Shown: positions 50,501-61,980 of the stretch, piece after piece
Layout: the number at the start of each line of letters is the position of its first letter
How positions within the stretch are numbered: position 1 is the first letter of the stretch
Notes under the pieces: model-generated
What the model saw: only the letters and a program-made list of their open reading frames with translations
Told to the model about the DNA's origin: nothing
The model's database searches: none
Program-made: the position numbers and the translations under genes
Origin: Stegostoma tigrinum
Taxonomy: Eukaryota
DNA length: 64,000 nucleotides
Reading direction: 5' to 3'
Assembly (NCBI RefSeq): GCF_030684315.1
Contig: NC_081399.1
Location: 9,534,113 to 9,598,112, forward strand

Positions 50501-50786
50501 CTCTCTCAGCACTGACCCTCCAACAGTGCCCGCTCCCTCAGCAATGACCCTCGGACAGTGCCCGCTCCCTCAAGACTGACCCTCCGACCGTGCCCACTCC
50601 CTCAGCACTGACCCTTCGACAGTGCCCACTCCCTCAGGACTGACCCTCTGACACTGCCCACTCCCTCAGCACTGACCCTCCGACAGTGACACATCCCTCA
50701 GCACTGACCCTCTGACAGTGCCCACTCCCTCACTACTGACCCTCTGACAGTGCCCACTCCCTCAGCACTGACACTCCGATAGTGCG
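47517..50786 (+). repeat. 32-bp satellite, ~100 units
   Basis: Unit actgaccctccgacagtgcccactccctcagc. Confidence 0.97.
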
Positions 50787-50787
50787 G

Positions 50788-53700
50788 ACTGTGCACGGAG
50801 CTCCGAGTGTGGGTATAACTGAGGGATACAGAGACTGGAACTGTGCAGGGTTCTCCGAGTGTGGGTCTGACTGAGGGATACGGGGACTGGAACTGTGTAT
50901 GGTGCTCCGAGTGTGGGTCTAACTGAGGGATACAGGGACCGGAACTGTGCACGGTGCTCCGAGTGTGGGTCTGACTGATGGATACGGGGACTGGAACTGT
51001 GCACGGTGCTCCGGGTGTGGGTCTAACTGAGGGATACGGGGACCGGAACTGTGCGCGGTGCTCCGAGTGTGGGTCTAACTGACGGGTACGGGGACCAGAA
51101 CTGTGCACGGTGCCCCGAGAGTGGGTCTGACTGAGGGATACGGGGACCGGAACTGTGCATGATGCTCCGGGTTTGGGTCTAACTGAGGGATACAGGGACC
51201 AGAACTGTGCACGGAGCACCGAGTGTGGGTCTGACTGAGGGATACGGGGACCGGAACTGTGCACGGTGCTCCAAGTGTGGGTCTAACTGAGGGATATGGG
51301 GATCGGAACTGTGCACGGTGCTCCGAGTGTGGGCCTGACTGAGGGATACGGGGACCGGCATTGTGCATGATGCTCCGGGTGTGGGTCTAACTGAGGGATA
51401 CAGGGACCAGAACTGTGCACGGTGCTCCGAGTGTGGGTCTAACTGAGGGATACGGGGACCGGAACTGTGCACGGTGCTCCGAGTGTGGGTCTAACTGAGG
51501 GATATGGGGATCGGAACCGTGCACGGTGCTCTGAGTGTGGGCCTGACTGAGGGATACAGGGAACGGAACTGTGCACGGTGCTCGGAGTGTGGGTCCAACT
51601 GAGGGATACGGGGACCAGAACTGTGCACGGTGCTCTGAGTGTGGGTCTCACTCAGGGATCCGGGGAACGGAACTGTGCATGATGCTCCGGGTGTGGGTCT
51701 AACTGAGGGATACGGGGACCAGAACTGTGCACGGTGCTCCGAGTGTGGGTCTAACTGAGGGATACAGGGACCAGAACTGTGCATGGTGCTGCGAGTGTGG
51801 GTCTAACTGAGGGAAACAGGGACCAGACCTGTGCACGGTGCTCCGAGTGTGGGTCTGACTGAGGGAAACGGGGAGCAGAACTGTGCACGATGCTCCGGGT
51901 GTGGGTCTAACTGAGGGATACGGGGTCCGGAACTGTGCACGGTGCTCCGAGAGTGGGTCTGACTGAGGGACACGGGGACCGAAACTGTGCATGATGCTCC
52001 GGGTATGGGTGTAATTGAGGGATACGGGGACCAGAACTGTGCACGGTGCTCCGAGTGTGGGTCTCACTGAGGGAAACGGGGGGCAGAACTCTGCACGGTG
52101 CTCCAAGTGTGGGTCTAACTGAGGGATACGGGGACGAGCACTGTGCACGGTGCTGCGAGTGTGGGTCTAACTGGGGGATACAGGGACCTGAACTGTGCAC
52201 GGTGCTCCGAGTGTGGGTCTAACTGAGGGATACGGGGACCGGGACTGTGCACGGTGCTCCGGCTGTGGGTCTAACTGAAGGATACAGGGACCAGAACTGT
52301 GCACGGTGCTCCGAGTGTGGGTCTAACTGAGGGATACAGGGACCGGGACTGTGCAGGATGCTCCGAGTGTGGGTCTGACTGAGGGATACGGGGACCAGAA
52401 CTGTGCACGGAGCTCCGAGTGTGGATCTAACTGAGGGATACAGGGACCGGGACTGTGCACGGTGCTCCGAGTGTGGGTCTGACTGAGGGATACGAGGACC
52501 GGAACTGTGCAGGATGCTCCGAGTGCCGGTCTGACTGAGGGATACGGGGACCAGAAATGTGCACGGTGCTCCGAGTGTGGGTCTGACTGAGGGATACGGG
52601 GACCAGAACTGTGCACGGTGCTGCGAGTGTGGGTCTAACTGAGGGATACAGGGACCAGAACCATGCACGGTGCTCTGAGTGTGGGTCTGACTGAGGGAAA
52701 CGGGGAGCAGAACTGTGCACGATGCTCCGGGTGTGGGTCTAACTGAGGGATACGGGGACCACAACTGTGCATTGTGCTCCGAGTGTGTGTCTAACTGAGG
52801 GGTACAGGGACCAGAACTGTGCACGGTGCTCCGAAGGTGGGTCTGACTGAGGGATACGTGGACCACAACTGTGCATTGTGCTCCGAGTGTGTGTCTAGCT
52901 GAGGGGTACAGGGACCAGAACTGTGCACGATGCTCCGAGTGTGGGTCTGATTGAGGGATATTGGGACCGGAACTGTGCACGGTGCTCCGAGTGTGGGTCT
53001 GACTGTGGGATATGGGGACCGCAACTGTGCACGGTGCTCCGAGTGTCGGTCTCACTGAGGGATACTGGGACCGTAACTGTGCACGGTGCTCCGAGTGTGA
53101 GTCTCACTGAGGGATACAGGGACCGGAAGTGTGCACGGTGCTGCAAGTTTGGATTTAACTGAGGGATACAGGGACCAGAACTGTGCACGGTGCTCCGAGT
53201 GTGGGTCTGACTGATGGATACGGGTACCGGAACTGTGCGCGGTGCTCCGAGTGTCGGTCTCACTGAGGGATACGGGGACCAGAACCGTGCACGGTGCTCC
53301 GAGTGTGGGTCTAACTGAGGGATACGGGGACCAGAACTGTGCACGGTGCTCCGAGTGTGGGTCTGACTGAGGGATACGGGGAACACAAATGTGCACGGTG
53401 CTCCGAGTGTGGGTCTGACTGAGAGATACGGGGAGCAGAACTGTGCACGATGCTCCGAGTGTGGGTCTAACTGAGGGACACAGGGACCGGAACTGTGCAC
53501 GGTGCTCTGAGTGTGGGTCTAACTGTGGGATACAGGGACCAGAACTGTGCATGGTGCTCCGAGTGTGGGTTGAACTGATGGATACGGGGACCAGAACTGT
53601 GCACAGTGCTCTAAGTGTGGGTCTGACTGAGGGATACAGGGACCGGAACTGTGCACGGTGCTGCGAGTGTGGGTCTCACTGAGGGATACAGGGACCGGAA

Positions 53701-54662
53701 GTGTGCATGGTGCTGCAAGTTTGGATTTAACTGAGGGATACAGTGACCAGAACTGTGCACGGTGCTCCGAGTGTGGATCTGACTGATGGATACGGGGACT
53801 GGAACTGTGCACGGTGCTCCGAGTGTGGGTCTGACTGAGGGATACGGGGACCAGAACTGTGCACGGTGCTCCGAGTGTGGATCTGACTGATGGATACGGG
53901 GACTGGAACTGTGCACGGTGCTCCGAGTGTGGGTCTGACTGAGGGATACGGGGACCAGAACTGTGCACGGTGCTCCGAGTGTGTCTGACTGAGGGATACG
54001 GGGACCGGAACTGTGCACGGTGCTCCGAGTGTGGGTCTAACTGAGGGATACAGGGACCAGAACTGTGCACGGTGCTCCGAGTGTGGGTCTGACTGAGGGA
54101 TACAGGGACCGGAACTGTGCACGGTGCTGCGAGTGTGGGTCTCACTGAGGGATACAGGGACCGGAAGTGTGCATGGTGCTGCAAGTTTGGATTTAACTGA
54201 GGGATACAGTGACCAGAACTGTGCACGGTGCTCCGAGTGTGGATCTGACTGATGGATACGGGGACTGGAACTGTGCACGGTGCTCCGAGTGTGGGTCTGA
54301 CTGAGGGATACGGGGACCAGAACTGTGCACGGTGCTCCGAGTGTGGATCTGACTGATGGATACGGGGACTGGAACTGTGCACGGTGCTCCGAGTGTGGGT
54401 CTGACTGAGGGATACGGGGACCAGAACTGTGCACGGTGCTCCGAGTGTGGGTCTAACTGAGGGATACAGGGACCAGAACTGTGCACGGTGCTCCGAGTGT
54501 GGTTCTGACTGAGGGATACGGGGACCGGAACTGTGCACGGTGCTCCCAGTGTGGGTCTAACTGAGGGATACAGGGACCAGAACTGTGCACGGTGCTCCGA
54601 GTGTGGGTCTGACTGAGGGATACGGGGAGCAGAACTGTGCACGGTGCTCCGAGTGTGGGTGT
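50788..54662 (-). repeat. 52-bp satellite, ~74 units, derived from CR1 ORF2
   Basis: Plus-strand unit ctgtgcacggtgctccgagtgtgggtctaactgagggatacggggaccagaa; minus-strand translation gives PHSEHRAQFWSPY / PHLEHCAQFWSPY. Confidence 0.95.
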
Positions 54663-54714
54663 AACATCAGAACTTCAGGGTAACAGAACAGTGTGCAGGA
54701 TGTCGTGTTAAAGC

Positions 54715-55280
54715 AGACAAAGATCAACTCTGACAGTCATAAGCCTGGAAACAGCATGGATGAAGCTGTTGTTGAATCTGTTGTTGCATGTTTTCAATCT
54801 TTGATACCTCGTGTCTGAATTGAAGAGTGTGTGAGACAGTAGAGCTGGGATGGGAGGACTCTTTGATGGTGTCAGTTGCTGTTCTGAGGTAGCGGGATGT
54901 ATCGACTGAGTGACTGGATGGAAGTCTGTGATGGACTGGCATGTGTTCACATCTTTCTGCAGTTCCTTGCGGACTTAGGCTGCGCAGTTGCCTCACCGGG
55001 CTGTTACGTCCCCAGATTGGATGCTCTCTATCTTTCTCGAACTGGTCAGGCTCTTGATGAAAATGCTGGGTTTCCTTAGCCTCCTGAGGAAGGAGAGATG
55101 TTGCTGGCACTTTCTTGTCTGTCACATTGACGTGCATTGGCGAGGGCAGACTGTTAATGGTCATCTCTCCCAGGAAGTTGACCCACCTCCCCCTCAGCTT
55201 ATTGAGGCCATTCCCTCCACTCTGCTTCTTGAAGCCGGCGACCAGCTCCTTCGTTTCGCTGATGTTGTGCGAGAGATTGG
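54715..55280 (-). mobile_element. Rex1/Babar-type LINE 3' fragment
   Basis: QQHLSFLRRLRK and RYQRLKTCNNRFNNSFIHAVSRLM resemble the Rex/Babar ORF C-terminus (QRLYFLRRL; RxxNSFFPxAIRL). Confidence 0.7.
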
Positions 55281-56192
55281 TGCCCTTATACTGCCCAATG
55301 TCCGCGACCCGCTAGCTGGTGTAGACTACCAGAGGAACGTGTTGATTTGGTCCCAGGAGGGGGTGGTCGGGTGGGAGCGTGAGCACCCATGGCATTCTGA
55401 ATCGCTTCACTTCCCGCCACCGCACCCCCCCCCACCCCCCGCTCCTTCACGGTGTCAGGTCAGCATAAGCCAGTGCCCACCTTACCCCTGTGTGTAGAGC
55501 CTTCCCTGAGACTATATCGGAGTTGGGTGGGGGGGCATGCTCTTTCCAGAGCCATGGTCCATTTGGGCAATGCCCAGTGTGCTTCCCGTCATGGCGTCTT
55601 TGAGCTGTGCCAATTCAGATCCAAAACCCCCAGACCAAAGGATGCTCCCCTTCGCTCCTGCAGGGCCTCCCACTCTTTGCCAACTCCTCAAAAGACACAT
55701 GACTTGCCATTGGCTGCCAAACGCATGTCTGCTTTGGGAACATTTTGGCGTGTCAGGATTCACAGAGACAGATCTCTTCCCTCGCTCCATCCGTGTCATT
55801 TGCTCACCATCTGTAGGCTCGGAGCTTTGTTCCTGATTAAAGCCACGTTTCTCTCCATGGCCCCTCCCTGTGACCACAAACTCCCAGTCTCTGGGGAGAG
55901 CAGAGTCTCTGGAATTCACTCTCGTTTGATGCTTGCGGTCACCATCTCATTCTCACAGCTTTTCCTGCTCTCTTCACCAGCATTTTCCTTGGCTCCAGTC
56001 CCATTCTCTTCCCACAGTTATCCCGACTTACAGAACCTCAGAGTACAATGGGTACTTGATCAGATCAGGGTTATATCTAGATTTATTGACAGTTATATTC
56101 ATTCTGACACTTATGCTGGCCTATGGCTATCCACACCAAAGGAAGTCTCAACAAATATCACCTCTTGGTATTCATTGATGTTACCATCACTC

Positions 56193-56902
56193 AACAAAGA
56201 GACCTTGGGGGAGGCGGACAGGTTCATAGCTCCCTGAGAGTGGAGTCGCAGGTAGACAGGGCGGTGAGGGAGGTGTTTGGGACACTGGCCTTTATGGGTC
56301 AGTGCATTGAGTACAGGGAGCTGGGAGGGTCATGTTGCGGCTGTACAGGACATTGGTTAGGGCCACTTCTGGAATACTGTGTGTAATCCCAGTCTCCCTG
56401 CTACAGGAAGGATGTTGTGAAACTTGAAAGGGGTCAGAACAGATTTACAAGGATGTTGCCAGGGTCGGAGGGTGTGAGCTACAGGGAGAGGCTGGGGCTA
56501 TTTTCCCTGGAGCGTCGGAGGCTGAGGGGATGACCTTATAGAGGCTTATAAAACCATGAGGGGCATGGATAGGGTGAATAGACAAGGTGTTTCCCCCAGG
56601 GGCAGGGGAGTCCAAAACTAGAGGGGCATAGGTTAAAGGTGAGAGGGGGAAGGGAACTGAGGGGTAACTTTTTCACACAGAGGGTGGTGCGTGTATGGAA
56701 TGAGCTGCCAGAGGAAGTGGTGGGGGCTGGTACAGTTACAGCATTTAAAAGGCATCTGGATGGGGACATGGATAGGAAGGGTTTAGAGGGACATGGGCCA
56801 AATGCTGGCGAATGGGACCAGATTAATTTAAGACATCGGGTTGGCGGGGATGATTTGGACTGAAGGGTGTTTCTATGCTGTACATCTCTATGACTCTATG
56901 AA
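56193..56902 (+). mobile_element. CR1/HER1 3' fragment (subfamily with shared lesions)
   Basis: Near-identical to 29484-30185; tail ctctatgactctatgaatctatg. Confidence 0.9.
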
Positions 56903-57287
56903 TCTATGCCCTGAACAGCTGAAATGTTGTGAGCAACGTCGTCACAGACTTGAGCAGGTATCAAGAGGCTGGTGGGGTGGGCAGAGAAGTAGCAGTTCTA
57001 GCTCAGGTTGGAAAAAACACAACATGTTGCGATCAAAGCAAGGAGAGATTACTTAACCTGAAAGGTACAATTCTGAAGCGGGCTGTGAGGTGTGCAAGGA
57101 GCAGAGGGACCTGTGTGTCTCACTGTGGGTGGCAGGACCAGTTGATAGATCAGATTATTGAAGATTGAGAATGCAGGTAATGAAAGAATATGACATCTGA
57201 GCTTTCTGTACTGAGGTGCAAGGTACCTGAAGGGTACCTCACTGGCTGGGCCAAGCTGGAGTATTGTGTCCAGTTATATTGCCACAC

Positions 57288-57835
57288 TCATGCCAGACTA
57301 TGACCATCATTACCAAGGGAGGTCACATCAAAATCACCTCTTGACATTCAACGTTGTTTCCATCACCAAATCCCCCCACTATCAACATCCTGGGGGTTAC
57401 CATTGACCAGAAACTCAGCTGGACCCACCACATAAACACAGCAGCTACAAGAGCAGGTCAGAGATTAGAAATACTGTGGTGAGTAACTCCTCTCCTGACT
57501 ACCCCCCAAATCCTGCCCCACCATCTACAAGGCACAAGTCAGGAGCAGGATGGGATGCTCCCCACTTGCCCCTGGATGGGGACAGCCCTGACGACAACCA
57601 AGAAGCTCGACACCATCCAGGAAAAAGCAGCCCCCACATCCACAAACATCCCACTCCCTCCCCCTACCGATGCTCAGTCACAGCAGTGTGTACCATCCTC
57701 AAGATGCTCTGCAAAGATCCTCAGGCAGCACCTTCCAAATCCCACGGCCCACTTCCATCCAGAAGGACAGGGGGCAGCAGGTACATGGGACCCCCACCCC
57801 CTGCAAGTTCCCCTCTGAGCCCCTCCCCATCCTGT
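57288..57835 (+). mobile_element. CR1-group LINE family B fragment
   Basis: Homologous to 6860-7430. Confidence 0.85.
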
Positions 57836-58599
57836 AAAGGTGGCATGTTTTTGCTTTTTTTCTGCATTTTCAATGGCAGACTGAAATGAGAAAGGGACAA
57901 TTTTAAAAGCCAGGGATTGCTAAATGTTTTAAAAGTGAGTAACTTGGCAAGCACTGTTTACACAGCTGCTGCTTCAAGCCTTGGTGTAAGTGTAGTTTGC
58001 AGATGAGCTGGAGCCAAAGGATTGCGCACAAAATGGAGATTCAGCCAGCAACAATTAGCTGATTGGTCTGTGCACTAGGCTTCAGTTATCGATGGCAAAG
58101 GCATCCTGCTTGGCAGCAGCTATGTGGTTGACTGTGACTTTCAAATAATAAGTTGGAGACCTTTTTTTTCGCTGCAAGGTGGGAAAAAGCATCCAGCGAA
58201 GGATGACTGCAAAGCAGCGGATGGCCGGAACAAAACTTATCTTAGCAGATGCTGCGAACACGAAGCTGCTTTAGATCATAACCCCTGTGTTGCCTCGTTG
58301 GTGTCTGCGTGTGGAAGGGCCAGTTTTTAAGGGGATGAGAGATTTAATTTGTGGCATTAAGCGCCAATACGTTATAATTGTTTATCTGCAGCTAGAGTCT
58401 GATTACTCGTGAAAAATGGTGACTTTTTTAAAAAAAATTCAAATATTGAGACCTGGTCTATGCTTTCTGTCAACCTGGGTCTGAAAATCAGGTCAATGTT
58501 TACACATTTCTATAGAATCTTTCATTTCAGTGATGAATCCAGAATTGAATGTGAAGTGCACTCACTGTTCCTTCAGTGTCGCTGGGTCCATAAGGCATA

Positions 58600-59287
58600 G
58601 GGACAGAATGGATCAATTCAGGACATCAAGTCAGCTGAATAGTGGCTGATCTGCTTCTCGGCACCATTCTCCTGCCTTTTCCTCATAACTCTTGAACCTC
58701 TTATCAGTCAAGAAGTTATCTATCGCTGTCTTAAACAGACTCAAAACTTGCCCTCCACAGCCCTCTGTGGCAATGGGTCCCATAGATTCTCCACCCTCTG
58801 GCTGAAGAAATTCCTCCTCATCTCAGTTCCAAAGGGTGGTTCCATCACTCTGAGGCTGTGTCCTCGCGTTCCAGTCTCCCCTCCTGGTGGAAACATCTTC
58901 CCTCACCTCCACTCTATCCAGGCCTTGATGGGTCTAGGCCCGAAACGTCAGCTTCCCTGCTCCTAAGATGCTGTTTGGCCGGCTGTGTTCATCCAGCTCC
59001 ACACCTTGTTATCTCAGATTCTCCAGCATCTGTAAGTTTCTACTCTCTTTTAGTATCCTGTAAGTTTCAATCAGATCCATCCCCTCATCCCTCTGAACTC
59101 CATCGAGTACAGACCCAAAGTCCTCAACCGTCCCTCATATGACAAGCCCTTCATCCCCGGGATCATTGTTGCAAACCTCCTCTGGACCCCCTCCAACACC
59201 AGCACATCCTGCCTTAGATACTGGGCCCTAGAAATGCTCACAATATTCCAAATGAGATCTGACCAGAGTCTTATACAGTCTCAGCAC
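58600..59287 (-). mobile_element. CR1 3' fragment with a nested Penelope-like insert (~58926-59045)
   Basis: Minus-strand LVRSHLEYCE motif; insert contains gggtctaggcccgaaacgtcagc. Confidence 0.8.
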
Positions 59288-59436
59288 TTCATCACCAAAA
59301 GGCGTAGAGACCTACCCTGAGTGATTTTTTTCCTGTCAGCGCTGTGGCGATGTCCGACTGTCTGGTCGTAGGGCTGATTCAGACTCAGTCTTTCATGGAA
59401 CCACAAGGTCCATGCAGCTTCCTCCTACCTGGCTAC

Positions 59437-59872
59437 TGTCAGGACAAATAGCAAAGTGGAGTCAAGTCTGGAGACCCTTAGTGCAAGCAATCTTTATTCA
59501 GAGCTCTGTTAGCGCATATGTGGGAGGGAGCAGAGACCACTCTGAATGGGCCGCTGTTGTCCTCTTAATACAGCTCAGATTGGAGTCAATGACGCTCTGA
59601 GTTCCCAAGCGAAATACAACATTTTCAAACCCTTCGTGTTATAATTATTCCATGCAATGTTGATGTCAGTGTTAGCCATACTCCCCACGATCTTATACTT
59701 TCAATCCTCTAAAGATCAATGATGGGCAACTCTCTAATCAGCTCTAGGCCATCCCATAATTACATGATGTCTACGAGATACCTCTGTCAACCATCTTTGG
59801 GACCTTACAATGTTTCTGACAGTTTTAGTCCTTCTGAGACATGTGCCAGCTGGACTGCATTATTTTCCAACA
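59437..59872 (-). mobile_element. Possible solo LTR
   Basis: Minus strand TGTTGG...CCAAT...TATTAA...AATAAA...ACA in LTR order; no matching TSD found. Confidence 0.35.
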
Positions 59873-60099
59873 ACCTAAAAACTTGCTTTTCACTGAGAAC
59901 ATTTCCAAATTCTGTCCTGACTTTAGTGTAGCAGATTAGGAAGGATATTAATTCCTGCTGATTGTTGTAAGGGCTTTAAAAACAACTCTCGCATAAAATT
60001 CCTGTGAGACAGCTGACAAATTGAGAACAGCCCCTCTCTCATTCTAGCCCAAGAGACCAAACAAACAGCATTCTGACTTGGCAAGATCTGCAGATGCTG

Positions 60100-60420
60100 G
60101 ATTGGATTAGATTAGATTACCTACAGTGTGGAAACAGGCCCTTCGGCCCAACAAGTCCACACTGCCCATTGAAGCATCCCACCCAGACCCATCCCCCTAT
60201 AACCCACACACCCCTGAACACTATGGGCAATTTAGCATGGCCGATCCACCTAGCCTGCACATCTTTGGACTGTGGGAGGAAACCGGAGCACCCGGAGGAA
60301 ACCCACGCAGACATGGGGAGAATGTGCAAACTCCAAACACATAGTTACCTGAGCCTGGAATTGAACCCAAGTCCCTGGTGCTGTGAGGCTGCAGTGCTAA
60401 CCACTGAGCCACCGTGCCGC
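60100..60420 (-). mobile_element. Full-length HE1-type SINE
   Basis: ggcggcacggtggctcagtggttagc head, GGTTCAATTCC B box, (aatct)n tail. Confidence 0.92.
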
Positions 60421-60794
60421 CCAAAAAGTCAGAAACAATACAGTGTGGAGCTGGAGCAACGCAAGCAGGAAGGGCCCAGACCCGAAGCCTCAACTTTTGT
60501 GCTCCCCTGAAGCTGCCTGGCCTGCTGTGTTCCTCCAGCTCCACACTGTGTTATCTTGTCTCCTGGCCTGCAGCTATAGTTCACAACTCCTGTGATTTAC
60601 ATGCTGTAAGTCAACTGTAAACTAAAGTTTTGTTTTGAAGTAAATCTTTACTGGTTCCACTCTAAACTGTTTCCATTGCTGATTAGCTTTTCTTAGTAAA
60701 AGCATTTATTAGAATTCCACTCATGAAATTCAACTACTTTACAACTTTACCAAGCCATGAAACAAATCCACAAACAACTCGGGCATCACAACCA

Positions 60795-61010
60795 AACAAA
60801 AACAAAAAGAACTGTGGATCGTGTAAATCAGAAACAAAAGCAGAAGCTGCCAGAAAAGCTCAGCAGGTCTGGCAGCATATGTAAGGAGAAATCAAAATTA
60901 ACGTTTTGGGCCTGCGTTCTGAGGAAGGGTTGTTTGATCCGAAATGTGAACTCCATAGTCCACGGGTACTGCCAGGCCTGCTGAGCTTTTCCAGCAATTT
61001 CTATTTTCGT
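60795..61010. mobile_element. Fold-back Penelope-like short element (a second lies at ~60430-60575)
   Basis: aaaagctcagcaggtctggcag ... ctgccaggcctgctgagcttttcc inverted arms; CTGAGGA...ccGAAAtgt core. Confidence 0.7.
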
Positions 61011-61254
61011 TAACTTCTCTAATGTTTCTTTCCACAGAGAATCTCATCATATCCAATTTAGATCTACATGGAGGCTATAAATCCAGCCGTGGACATTTGC
61101 TGTACGTAACTGTCGGCCATCTTGTCATCTTGTCATGGGCTGCTACAATACTTGCCGTTCTCTTTTAGGATTCTAAGCAAGCTGTTTCTATTTTATTTTC
61201 ATCATTCTGTTTGCCACAGTATTCACAGCTCGCTCATCCCTATCACCCTGCCTC

Positions 61255-61980
61255 GTTGTGCTGTTTTTCTTTCTTTATCTCTCTTTCTTCCTGCCTTTGT
61301 CTCTCTTTCCCACCCACTCTGTCGCTCCCTTTTTTCTCTTTTTCACTCTCTGTCTCCTGCCATCTCCCATCATTGCCATCATCTCCCTGTCTCTTACCTT
61401 CTCTTTCTTTCTCTCTGTCCCTCCCTCCCTCTCTCTTTCCCCCACTTTCTCTCTTTTTGCTTCTCTTCCTTCTTCTCACCCTATTTCTCTCATTTTCTCT
61501 CTTTCTTACCCTCAGTCCATCTATCCTTCTGTCTCTTTGTCTCTCTCTCTCTATCGTTATACTGTCTTTTCACCGTGTCTTTATCTCCCTTTCTCTGTCC
61601 CTCTCTCCTTCTATCGCTATCTCTGTCTCTTTCCCTGTGCTCTCTTTCTGCTTCTCCATCTGTTGCTATCTCTGTCTCTCTCCACCTCTCCTTCGTTTAC
61701 TATCTGTCTCTTACTGTCACTGTCTTTCCCTCTGTTGATAGCTCCCTCCCTCTTTCTCTCTCTCTCTCTCTTTTCCGTTCTTGCTATCTCTCCGTGTCTG
61801 ACTGTCTCTCTCACACATTCTCTTTCTCCACCGCCCTCCCTCTGCTGGTTTCTCTGTCTCTCTTTCTCCCATTCTCACTCTCTCACCGTCTCTGTCTCCC
61901 TCTCTCCTATCTTTTATGGTCTCTGTTGGCGTCTCTCTCTCTCTCTCTCCGAGCCCCTTTCTCTCTCTGTCCCGCTCCCT
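61255..61980 (+). repeat. CT-rich low-complexity tract
   Basis: Degenerate (CT)n. Confidence 0.9.

Noticed and set aside
50698-54642. Many overlapping minus-strand ORFs up to 339 aa
   Set aside because: Frame-cycling translations of the 52-bp satellite
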